From an uncultured delta proteobacterium (lineage in GTDB: Bacteria > Myxococcota_A > Polyangia > Polyangiales > B10-G4): a stretch of DNA of 64,000 nt. The notes beneath the pieces were generated by a model. That model was not told the DNA's origin. It was given only the letters and a program-made list of their open reading frames with translations, and searched no databases. Position 1 is the first letter of the stretch, and every line of letters starts with the position of its first letter. The position numbers were made by a program, and so were the translations under genes. Location: assembly GCA_963727445.1 (NCBI GenBank), contig CAVSGI010000020.1, positions 160,001 through 224,000 of the forward strand. Direction: 5' to 3'. This document shows positions 19,840-28,682 of this stretch, one piece after another.

Positions 19840-21104
19840 GGGACCGCCACCACACCGAGGACCGGCAGGTCGCCGAAGGTGAAGCGCCCGGCGGCCGGGG
19901 TCGTCTCGTCGCCGGTGACCGCGTCGAAGGAGGCGAGGCCCGGGGAGCTGCCGCCGCGCGCCCACGCCCACACCGTGCCTCGATGCACGTACAGACCGTC
20001 AATCTCGCTGGCGACGGTCACGGGCGTGATGGTGTCCTCGGCTGGATTGAGCGAGACCAGGTCGGTGCCGGCGAGGACGAGGACCCGGCTCGGCGAGACC
20101 ACGGAGAAGCCGTTGATCTCCGCCGATAGATCGGACTCGCTGACCACGACGCCCATGGTGGTCGCGGCTCCGAGGTCCACCGCTTCGATCTGGCCGTCGA
20201 TGGCGAAGTTGTCGCCGGTGGTGCCGACGTAGAGGATGTCTGTGGCCGCGTCGTGTTGGAGACCGCGCCAGGGGTTTTCACCCGCGAGGTCGATCCCCTG
20301 AAGCCCGTCGACGGTGTCGTCCATGTCGACCGGCATCCGGGTGCTGAGGTCGATCACCGCGAGCTCCGAGCCCTGGAAGTGGATCGCGAAGGAGGCGTCG
20401 AAGAAGTAGTTCCCGAGCGCCACGTAGAGCCGCTCGCCGACGATGATCGCGTCGGAGGCGTCCACCACGCCGTCCATGTCGCCGCTCTTCAGGTAGCCGG
20501 AGAGGTCAATCTCGCCGATCACCGCGCCCATCTGCGGATCGATGATCGTCACGGCGTTCTGAGCTTGCGCGACCACATACGCCTCGTTCGGGCCCGCGGC
20601 GACGATCGTCTGAGGATTCGACGCATACGGTCCCATGCTCCCGGCGGGATCGACGTCGATGGTCCGCGCCACCATCGTCGGATCGGAGGCATCCATCACC
20701 ATGGCCTCGCCCGCACCCCGCGACAGGACGTAGCCCTGGCAGAAGGCGCTCGCCGGTGCGCTGTCGGTATCCGGAAGGTCCTCCGCGCCGGCGACCGTCG
20801 TCAGGTCGCTGAGCGTCAGGACCCCGAGACCCGCGCGGCTGAAGTCGGCAGCGGTGGTCACCACCAACAGATGCCCGAGGTCGTCCTCCGTGCAGCTCGG
20901 CACGCCCCCATCGCCCCCCGCGTCGCCTGCGGCATCGGGGGTCGCATCGGCCATGGCATCCGGCGCGACGGAGGTGTCGGCGTCGCCCATGCCTCCGTCG
21001 CCGGGGGGTAGGCCGGTGTCGGCCATTCCTCCGTCGTCACCACAGGCGCTCGCCATCGCGACGACTGCCGCCATCGCCCAGGCACTCCTCTTCTTCGTTC
21101 CCAT
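19836..21104 (-). CDS. YncE/BtuG-like beta-propeller lipoprotein, first gene under the riboswitch
   Basis: AGGAG RBS, MASAC lipobox, NPQTI...AYVV...VTIIDP...IGEIDL propeller blades. Confidence 0.8.
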   Translation of the reverse strand: MGTKKRSAWAMAAVVAMASACGDDGGMADTGLPPGDGGMGDADTSVAPDAMADATPDAAGDAGGDGGVPSCTEDDLGHLLVVTTAADFSRAGLGVLTLSDLTTVAGAEDLPDTDSAPASAFCQGYVLSRGAGEAMVMDASDPTMVARTIDVDPAGSMGPYASNPQTIVAAGPNEAYVVAQAQNAVTIIDPQMGAVIGEIDLSGYLKSGDMDGVVDASDAIIVGERLYVALGNYFFDASFAIHFQGSELAVIDLSTRMPVDMDDTVDGLQGIDLAGENPWRGLQHDAATDILYVGTTGDNFAIDGQIEAVDLGAATTMGVVVSESDLSAEINGFSVVSPSRVLVLAGTDLVSLNPAEDTITPVTVASEIDGLYVHRGTVWAWARGGSSPGLASFDAVTGDETTPAAGRFTFGDLPVLGVVAVP

Positions 21105-21227
21105 CTCGGTCTCCTGACGCACCGACCCGTGCGTCTGACCGCGGGGAGTGAGGGAGCGAGTGCGCGCAGGAGCGACGAGCGCCGAGGCGTGCACCTTCAC
21201 CTTCACCCCGAAGGCGGTCGGTTCGTG

Positions 21228-21434
21228 GCGCGCCCGGCAGGTCTCCTGACTTCCGGTTCATCCTCCGGCGAGCGCCTTCCCAGTCTCCGTCGAGACCAGT
21301 GGCTCCATTGCTCACCTTCGTCCTCGGTCACAGTGGCGGGGGCCGCGCCGGTCTTTCACCGGCTTCCCTCTTCGACTCGCCAGCGACATCATCGTCGCTG
21401 CCAACGTCTCTCACGCATGCGTGACCAGGCGCGC
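21228..21434 (-). promoter_or_regulatory. Cobalamin riboswitch
   Basis: Minus strand reads AAGAGGGAAGCCGGTGAAAGACCGGCGCGGCCCCCGCCACTGT...GCCACTGG...GGGAAGG...AAGTCAGGAGACCTGCC; P1 stem 21425-21434/21228-21237. Confidence 0.96.
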
Positions 21435-21543
21435 TATTGATTGATCAGCCTCGTTCTTCGGCGTCTCCTCCGTGCCCCACCGTGATAGGCCACCCAAATC
21501 TCCCGGTCAACCGACCCCCCCCTTCGTGTAGGATTCGGGCTCG

Positions 21544-22356
21544 GTGACGCTCTCCCTCCTCCTCGCTCCTTCCATCGGGATGGCCCGCGCCAAGGCGCGG
21601 GCGGAGCTGCTCTCGAGCGCGCTGAGCACGACCCTCGGCGAGGACACCGAGGTGCAGATGCCCGAGAGCTACGACGAGCTCACGCTGCGCGCCCTCGAGG
21701 GCTCCGCCCATCTGATCTGGGCGCCGCCCTCGCTCTGCGCTCGCCTCGAAGAGACGGCGCGCGCGATCTACCGATGCGTGCGCCGCGGTCGCGGTACCTA
21801 TCGGTCGGCGATCGTGACCCGCAAAGGCGAGGTGCAGGACCTCAGCGATCTTCAGGGCAAGCGAGCGGTGTGGGTGGACCCCCTCTCTCTCGGCGGGCAT
21901 CTCCTCGCGATCGATTACCTCCGCCGGGAGGGCCTCGAACCAGCAAGCCTCTTCTCCGAGCAGTCCTTCGCCGGTTCCTATCCCGAGGCGCTTCGGGCGG
22001 TGGTGCACGAGCGCGCCGACGTCACGGCCATCTCGACGCCCGACGGCGCACAGCAGTCCATCGACAGTTCGATCACGCTCTTCGGCGGCACTCTTCAGGC
22101 GGAGCGCCTGACCTCGATCGCGGTCACCCAGGAGACGCCGAACGACGCGCTGGTGTTCAGCACCGCGCTGAGCGCCGAGCGGGTCGACGAGCTGACGACC
22201 CGCGCCTTCGGCACCAAGGACGCGCCCAAAGTGCCGTCCTCGCTCTGCATGGCGCTCGAGGCCGACGGCTTCGAACGGGTGGACGTCTCTGAATACGCCT
22301 TCGTGCGACGGCTCCTCGAAGAAGCGACGATCCCCGAGCTGCCGCCGTCGGCCTGA
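21544..22356 (+). CDS. PhnD-like substrate-binding-fold protein (orphan)
   Basis: YRSAIVTR, DLQGKRAVWVDPLSLGG, GSYPEAL and TPNDALV motifs; no permease or ATPase adjacent. Confidence 0.8.
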   Translation: MTLSLLLAPSIGMARAKARAELLSSALSTTLGEDTEVQMPESYDELTLRALEGSAHLIWAPPSLCARLEETARAIYRCVRRGRGTYRSAIVTRKGEVQDLSDLQGKRAVWVDPLSLGGHLLAIDYLRREGLEPASLFSEQSFAGSYPEALRAVVHERADVTAISTPDGAQQSIDSSITLFGGTLQAERLTSIAVTQETPNDALVFSTALSAERVDELTTRAFGTKDAPKVPSSLCMALEADGFERVDVSEYAFVRRLLEEATIPELPPSA

Positions 22357-22376
22357 GCGGCTCGAGCTAAATGAAT

Positions 22377-23468
22377 TCAGAAGCCTTCGTCCCGGAGGAA
22401 GTGCGCCAGGTCGATGTAGAGCTGGCGGTGGTCGAAGTCGTTGCCGATGCCCGGTGAATCGCCGGCGAGCTGGCCGACCTCGTCCAGGTGGTCGGCCGGG
22501 ACGCATCCGAGGAAGCGGCCCCAGCGCGCGTCGACCACCCGCACCAGCCCATCGTTGGGGAAGGGGTCACCCAGGCCGCCGTCGAGGATGGCTTCGCTCA
22601 CGCTGAGGAGCGGATCGACCGTGTCGCGGTCGCCCGAGTACCGGTCGATCCAGGCGGGCGCGTCGGCGTTGTCGCAGGCAGAGCCCCAGTTCAGCGCCGT
22701 GACGCCGGTGAGCGAGTAGTACTCGACGTCGATGCGATCGGTGTAGGTCGCGTTGAACTCGGCGATGCCCTCGGTGGAGAACTGCTCGAGCCCGGCGACC
22801 ACGCTCGTCGAATCGCCGGCGGCGTCGTAGAGCGGCGAACCGATGACGCGCACCAGCTCGTCGACCAGATCGCGGAGGCGCGGGTCGGAGACCGCGCCGA
22901 GCACCACGTCGGAGATCTTCGAGCCGCGGTGCGGCGTGGCGACGGTGGTGACCGAGGCGACGAGATCCGATCGATCGTGCGCCACCACGCGGGCGTCGAG
23001 CCCACCCTGGGAGTGGCCCACGATGTTGACCTTGGCGTGGCCGGTCATGGCGAGGATGTCTTCGATCTGCGACGCGAGCTCCGTGCCGCGGACCGTCGAG
23101 TCGTTGAAGGGGTCGACCTCGGTCACGAAGACCAGCGTCTCGCCGTCGGCTTCGAGCGCATCCTTCACGCCGTAGAAATAGTCGAGGAAGCCCGCCCCGG
23201 CGAAGTCGTCGAAACCGAAGAAGCCGTGCGCGAGGACGATGGGATAGGGCGGACCGAGGCCGGGGGACGCGTCGGCGTCCCGTCCGACGACGCCGCCATC
23301 GCGGGGCGAGCCTACGTCCGCGTCACCAGCGTCGGCTGCATCCGAGGCGCCGACGTCCGTGCTCGCGTCCCCCATCGTGGTTGCATCGCCGCCACAAGAG
23401 GAGACGGCGAGAGCCAGCATCGCGGCGGCCGCCACGCGAAACGAGCCCTGATTTGGCCACACACTCAT
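22377..23468 (-). CDS. Triacylglycerol lipase (family I-like), lipoprotein
   Basis: YPIVLAHGFFG, VGHSQGG, TPHRGS, NDGLV, DHLDEVGQ; AVSSC lipobox. Confidence 0.92.
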   Translation of the reverse strand: MSVWPNQGSFRVAAAAMLALAVSSCGGDATTMGDASTDVGASDAADAGDADVGSPRDGGVVGRDADASPGLGPPYPIVLAHGFFGFDDFAGAGFLDYFYGVKDALEADGETLVFVTEVDPFNDSTVRGTELASQIEDILAMTGHAKVNIVGHSQGGLDARVVAHDRSDLVASVTTVATPHRGSKISDVVLGAVSDPRLRDLVDELVRVIGSPLYDAAGDSTSVVAGLEQFSTEGIAEFNATYTDRIDVEYYSLTGVTALNWGSACDNADAPAWIDRYSGDRDTVDPLLSVSEAILDGGLGDPFPNDGLVRVVDARWGRFLGCVPADHLDEVGQLAGDSPGIGNDFDHRQLYIDLAHFLRDEGF

Positions 23469-23526
23469 CGACGGAGGAACGATGCGCCATCGGTGGCGAC
23501 CGTCAAGTGAGCGTTCGGGTTCTAGT

Positions 23527-24433
23527 CTAGCTTCGGAGAAGGCGCGGCGGCAAGCACGCGGCCAGGCGTGGCGGGGACTTGACGCGCGCGGCGGGCGGCT
23601 CGGCCGCAGGCCCCAGACGTATTGCGAGGCGTTCGAGCGCCTCGCCGAGCGCGTCCAGCCCACCTTCGAATGCCGACGGGTCGCGCGCGGAGGCGCGCGC
23701 CACGAGCTCGGCGAGCGCGCGTTCCTCCTCGCTCTCGGCAGGCAGCGGCGGCATGTCTCGTTCCAGTATTGCGCGCACCGTGTCGAAGACGTTTTCGCGC
23801 GCCATCGCGAGCCGCCCGGTGGCGAGCGCGTGGAGAATGGCGCCGATTCTCGCGGACGGCCATCGCCGGCTCGAGGCGCAAGCCCTTGGCTCGCCCCGGT
23901 GACATCAGCGCGACTCGGCTCGACGGGAAGGTAGGGGCGTCGCAGCGCGCGATCCGCACCAGACGCGCGCCGGCTGGCTCCTGGGCTCGGGTGATCCCAT
24001 CGGCGCCGACGACGATCGAGTCCAGGTCGGGGTCGAAGGTGCACGGGCCGAGCGCGTGCGCCGCGAGGTAGGAGGCGGCGGCGCAGAGATCGCGACCCAC
24101 GCCGACCACCGTCGCGGGGGGAAGTGGGCCCGCAGAGACGACCTCTCCGAGCGACCATCCCTCGGTGCCCTCGATCAGGCAGGCATCCTCGCTCTCGGGC
24201 CAGAGCGCAGGGCCCCACAGGTGGGGCTCGCGGAAGCGCAACGCGACGCGCGCCTCGTCGATGGAGACAGCCACGAACTGGTCCGTCGTCGCCTCGAAGA
24301 CCCGAACCACGGCGCGTCCCGTGGATGCACGGTAGGGCCCGTCCGGCTTCGCACCGGCGCGCCCCGCGCGGTACCAGCGCGACCACTCGTCGCGTCCGAG
24401 CTCCGCGATCAGATCGTAGCCGAGCGCTTCCAC
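23527..24433 (-). CDS. Degenerate Ser/Thr kinase-like protein, frameshifted near 23847
   Basis: Kinase-like landmarks (DEARVA, EGWSLGEV, LMSP, IGAILHALATG, LVARASARDP) but no HRD or DFG; removing one base at 23847 joins the two frames. Confidence 0.6.
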
Positions 24434-24576
24434 GGAGCGTTCACTCTCCCCAGATGCGCTGGTTCATCGATCCCATGGGCCCACCGACATCATAGCCGAG
24501 CGTGGACCCACGCTCGCGGCCCCGCGGCTCGCCCAGGGGCCGCGCGGCCTCGTTCGGCGACCTCTTCGGGCACGCG

Positions 24577-25380
24577 CTAATCCGCATCGCCCTCGGCCGG
24601 TCCCCTCACTGACAACGCGATGTCGTCGCCATCGCTGAGCACCTTGGCTTCGACCCCGAAGACCTCGCGCATCACCGCGGGGTCGAGCACCTCCATCGGC
24701 CTTCCATCGGCGTGCACCTTGCCCGCGCGGAGCAGGATCAGGCGATCGGCGAAGCGGGCCGCCAGCGACAGGTCGTGGATCGCGAGGAGCGCGGCGCCGC
24801 CTGCGTCGACGTGGCCGCGGACCAGGTGCATCAGGCGGTAGGCGTGGGCGAGATCCAGGCTCGCGGTGGGCTCGTCGAGGAGCAGCAGCGCGCCGCCCTG
24901 GGCGAAGGCGCGGGCGAGCACCACTCGCTGGCGCTCCCCGCCCGAGAGCTCGGGGAAGGGACGCTCCGCGAGGGCTTCGAGCTCGGTGACGCGGAGCGCG
25001 TCCTGAACCTTCTTGCGGTCGTCGTCGCCGGGGAGCCGGAAGCGGCCGAGATGCGGTGTCCTGCCCATCGCGACCATCTCGCGCACCGTCAGCTCGAAGT
25101 CGGTCGAGAAGCCCTGCGGCACGAAGGAGGCGAGGCGCGCGATCTCGGCGCGCTCGAGCATCGACACGTCCTCGCCGAAGAGCGTCACCGTTCCCGCCTT
25201 GGCCGGCAGGATGCCGAGGAGCGTGCGGAGCAGGGTGCTCTTGCCCGCGCCGTTGGGGCCAGCGATGGCGACCAGCTCGCCGAGACGCACCGAGAGAGAG
25301 AGCGCCTCGAAGATGGACGCGTCGCCATAGCGCTGAGCGATCCCCGTCGCCTCGACGGCCACGCGCGTCTCTTCGCTCAT
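24577..25380 (-). CDS. ABC transporter ATPase, BtuD/FepC-like
   Basis: GPNGAGKST, LSGGERQR, LLLDEPT, IHDL. Confidence 0.93.
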   Translation of the reverse strand: MSEETRVAVEATGIAQRYGDASIFEALSLSVRLGELVAIAGPNGAGKSTLLRTLLGILPAKAGTVTLFGEDVSMLERAEIARLASFVPQGFSTDFELTVREMVAMGRTPHLGRFRLPGDDDRKKVQDALRVTELEALAERPFPELSGGERQRVVLARAFAQGGALLLLDEPTASLDLAHAYRLMHLVRGHVDAGGAALLAIHDLSLAARFADRLILLRAGKVHADGRPMEVLDPAVMREVFGVEAKVLSDGDDIALSVRGPAEGDAD

Positions 25381-26402
25381 GCGCGGCTCCTCGCCTGGTG
25401 GCGCACCAGGAGCCAGAGGAAGAAGGGGCCGCCGGTGAGCGCCGTGACCACCCCGAGGCGCAGGTCCGCTGCGGGCGCGAGTCGGCAGACCACGTCGGCC
25501 CAGACGACGAAGATGGCCCCGGTGAAGAAGCTCGCCGGCACCAACAACGCGTGTCGCGGCCCGGTCAACAGGCGCACGATGTGCGGCACCATCAAGCCGA
25601 CGAAGCCGACGATCCCCGTGACCGCGACGGTGGCGCCGGTCACCAGCGACGACAGGATGAGGAGCGCGCGCTTGACGCGTGGTACGTCGACGCCCACCGC
25701 GAGCGCGCTCTCCTCTCCGGTGATCAGCGCGTCGAGGTCGCGCGCGTAGGTGGTGAGCCAGAGCGAGCCCAGGACGACCACCGGGGCCGACATCGCGACG
25801 TGGGACCAGCTCCGCCCGTCGAGGCTCCCCATCAGCCAGCCGAGCATGTGGCGGCCGACCTCCCAGTCGGCGAGGGAGAGCGACAGGACGAAGGAGACCA
25901 GCGCTGCGGCGATGCCCGACACCGCGACCCCGGCGAGTAGGAGTGTGGTCACCGGCGTCCGACCGCGCGAGGTCGACAGGCCGTAGACCAACGCCGCGGT
26001 GCCGAGCGCGCCCGCGAAGGCGGCGAAGGGCACGAGGAAGGTCGAAGCGGCCGCGGCGCCGGCGTAGAGCGCGATCACCGCACCCAGCGCGGCGCCCGAG
26101 GAGACGCCGATCACGCCGGGATCGGCCATCGGGTTTCGAAAGAGCGACTGCATCACCGCGCCCGCGGTCGCGAGGCCTGCGCCGGTGGAGGCGGCGAGAG
26201 CGACGCGGGGCAGGCGCACCGAGAGCAGGACGGCGCGCTGCCACTCGGGGATGTTCGGGTCGGGACTGCCGAAGAGCGCGCTCCAGACGATGGCGAACGC
26301 GCGTCCCACGCCGAGGTCCGCCGAGCCGAGCGCCGCGGCGACGACCATCGACAGCGCGAGGAGCACGATCATCGCCGCGAGGATCATCGCCGAACGCTTC
26401 AC
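25377..26402 (-). CDS. FecCD/BtuC family ABC permease
   Basis: VRLPRV, QSLFRNPMADPGVIGVSSGA, GIVGFVGLMVPH; GTGA overlap with the upstream gene. Confidence 0.93.
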   Translation of the reverse strand: MKRSAMILAAMIVLLALSMVVAAALGSADLGVGRAFAIVWSALFGSPDPNIPEWQRAVLLSVRLPRVALAASTGAGLATAGAVMQSLFRNPMADPGVIGVSSGAALGAVIALYAGAAAASTFLVPFAAFAGALGTAALVYGLSTSRGRTPVTTLLLAGVAVSGIAAALVSFVLSLSLADWEVGRHMLGWLMGSLDGRSWSHVAMSAPVVVLGSLWLTTYARDLDALITGEESALAVGVDVPRVKRALLILSSLVTGATVAVTGIVGFVGLMVPHIVRLLTGPRHALLVPASFFTGAIFVVWADVVCRLAPAADLRLGVVTALTGGPFFLWLLVRHQARSRA

Positions 26403-27325
26403 GGCGCGCCCCCGAGGTCGGCGTTCGGGTGCAGGAGACGGGCGAGGTCGCGCGCGCCCTCGGCCGCATACTGCGAGGCGGAGAGGACGCGGCGGGGGTC
26501 GATCTCCCGAACGCGACCCGTCCGCACGGCGGTGAGCCCCTCGAATACCGGCGAGTCGACGAAGGACGGTGGCGGTACCACCTGCCGCCCGCGCCCGTCG
26601 GCGGCATAGGTCACGACCAGGATCATCTCCGGATCGAGCGCGAGGAGCTGCTCGTCGCCGATGATGCCGTGTCCGACGATGCCCGCTTCGCGCGCGGCGT
26701 TGATGCCGCCGGCCAGGTCGAGGAGCTCGTCGAAGAGCGTTCCCTCGCCGGGCGTGTACCCGCCGCGGTTGTATAGAAGCACGCGCGGTCGAGGCATTCC
26801 CCGGACCGCGGTGGCGACCGCGCCCAGCGTGGCCCGCATGCGCGCGATCACCGGGTCGGCCTGCGCCGGCACCGCCACCGCGGCGGCCACGGTGCGGAGG
26901 TTGTCCTCGATGCCGGAGACGGTGGTGGCGGGCGCGACGGTGAGCACCGGCACCCGGCTCCGGGACAGGAGCAGCATCGCCTCCGGCCGGGTGTAGGGGT
27001 TGGTGACGACCAGATCGGGAGAGAGGGAGAGGATGCGCTCGGCGTCGCCGCTGACCCGCGCTCCGATCGCCGCCGCCTCGTTCACGACGTTCGAGGCCGC
27101 CGGGTCGTCCGCGAAGGTGCTCAGGGCGATCAGGTGGTCCCGGGGCGCGACGGCCAGGAGCATCTCGTCGGTGGAGAGGGTGGCCGAGACGATCCGTCCG
27201 GGCACCACTCCGGGGGTGGGCGCCCTCAGGGTCGGGGGCGGCGCGGCGTCCTCGGCCGCCTTGGCGAGGAGCGCGCTCGACAGCAGGAGCACCGCCGCCC
27301 CGAGATAGATCGGGCCCTCGCGCAT
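26399..27325 (-). CDS. BtuF-like periplasmic substrate-binding protein
   Basis: RIVSATLSTDEMLL, AERILSLSPDLV, EQLLALDPE motifs. Confidence 0.88.
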   Translation of the reverse strand: MREGPIYLGAAVLLLSSALLAKAAEDAAPPPTLRAPTPGVVPGRIVSATLSTDEMLLAVAPRDHLIALSTFADDPAASNVVNEAAAIGARVSGDAERILSLSPDLVVTNPYTRPEAMLLLSRSRVPVLTVAPATTVSGIEDNLRTVAAAVAVPAQADPVIARMRATLGAVATAVRGMPRPRVLLYNRGGYTPGEGTLFDELLDLAGGINAAREAGIVGHGIIGDEQLLALDPEMILVVTYAADGRGRQVVPPPSFVDSPVFEGLTAVRTGRVREIDPRRVLSASQYAAEGARDLARLLHPNADLGGAP

Positions 27326-27384
27326 GGGGCGAGCATGTAGCAGAAATTTTGACCTCTCGGGGGTCTGCCCCGAACCCTCGGGCC

Positions 27385-28662
27385 ATGCGGAAGAGGCCCC
27401 TCTACGTCGCCATCATCGCGTCCGTCGTCGCTGTCATCGCCGTCTTCGCCTGGACCTACCACCAACAGAGCGAGGCCGACGCCCTCGTGGCGAGCGCTCG
27501 CGCGCGGCTCGGCGCGTCCCTGGCCGAAGCCCCCGAGCTCGACCGGATCCAGGGCTCGACCGCCCTGAGCTTCCTCGAGCGCGCGCACGATCTCGGTCGC
27601 GACGACAAGGAGCTCTCCGGCCTCAGGCACTACGCCGAAGCACTTCAGCATCTCGCGGCCGGCGACCTCGTCTTCGCGGAGGGGCAGCTCACCGCGGCGC
27701 GCCACGAGCTCGGATGGACTCCCGACCTGCGCGTCCTCGCCGCCGAGATCGCGCGCCGGCTCACGAAGATCGACGAAGCGAAGAGTCACGTCGCCCTCGC
27801 TCTCGAAGAGCAGCCCGACCACCCGCGCGCGCTCCTGATGCGCGCCGACCTCGCCCTCGACGACGCGGACGCGGCGGCAGCGCTCCTCGACCTCGAGGTG
27901 CTTCGCGACGCGCAGCCCGAGGCGTCGGTGGTGCGCAATCGCCTGGGCGTCGCGCTCATCGCGCTCGGCCGCATGGATAGGGCACGCGAGGAGCTTCGCG
28001 AGGCGATGCGTCTGTCGGACGCCAGCCCCGACCCGTGGATCAACATGGGCCGCCTCGAGCGGCGCGCCGGCAATCATCAGGCGGCCTTCGATGCGTTCGA
28101 CGGAGCCATCGCCATCTCCGCTGGCGACCCGGACGCTCATCTCGGGCGCGGGCTCGCGCGCGCAGTCCTGGGCGAGCTCCGAGAGGCCGAAGGCGACTTC
28201 CGCCGTGCCGCCGAGCTGGCGCCGAACGACGCCGAGCCGCTCCTCGCGCTCGGCGACCTTCTGCGCGATCTCGGACAGGTGTCCGACGCCATCGAGGTCT
28301 ATCGCGAGGCGCTCGGGCGGGAAGACGCGGACGCGGCCAGCTGGCTCAAGCTGGGCAACGTGCTGGTGATGGGCGGGCAGCCCAGGCTCGCGGCGCGCGC
28401 CTTCACCGAAGCGATCGAGCGTGCCCCCGGCCTCGCCCCGGCCCACAACGGGCTGGGCGCCGCCCTGATGCAGATGGGCCAGGCCGAGGAGGCCGCCGAG
28501 GTGCTGGCACGGGCGGCCGAGCTCGACCTCGAGGACCCGAATCCTCTGATGAACCTCGCTCTGTTGCGGGAGCGGGTGGGGGACCGCGACGGTGCCCGGA
28601 GCGCGTGGGAGGCGGCACTGGACAGGGACCCCGCCCTCACCATCGCGCGCGAGCACCTCTGA
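27385..28662 (+). CDS. Membrane-anchored TPR-repeat protein
   Basis: N-terminal TM helix followed by multiple TPR motifs (NRLGVAL, WINMG, AHNGLGAAL). Confidence 0.9.
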   Translation: MRKRPLYVAIIASVVAVIAVFAWTYHQQSEADALVASARARLGASLAEAPELDRIQGSTALSFLERAHDLGRDDKELSGLRHYAEALQHLAAGDLVFAEGQLTAARHELGWTPDLRVLAAEIARRLTKIDEAKSHVALALEEQPDHPRALLMRADLALDDADAAAALLDLEVLRDAQPEASVVRNRLGVALIALGRMDRAREELREAMRLSDASPDPWINMGRLERRAGNHQAAFDAFDGAIAISAGDPDAHLGRGLARAVLGELREAEGDFRRAAELAPNDAEPLLALGDLLRDLGQVSDAIEVYREALGREDADAASWLKLGNVLVMGGQPRLAARAFTEAIERAPGLAPAHNGLGAALMQMGQAEEAAEVLARAAELDLEDPNPLMNLALLRERVGDRDGARSAWEAALDRDPALTIAREHL

Positions 28663-28682
28663 CCTGATACCGTTTCTCCCGC

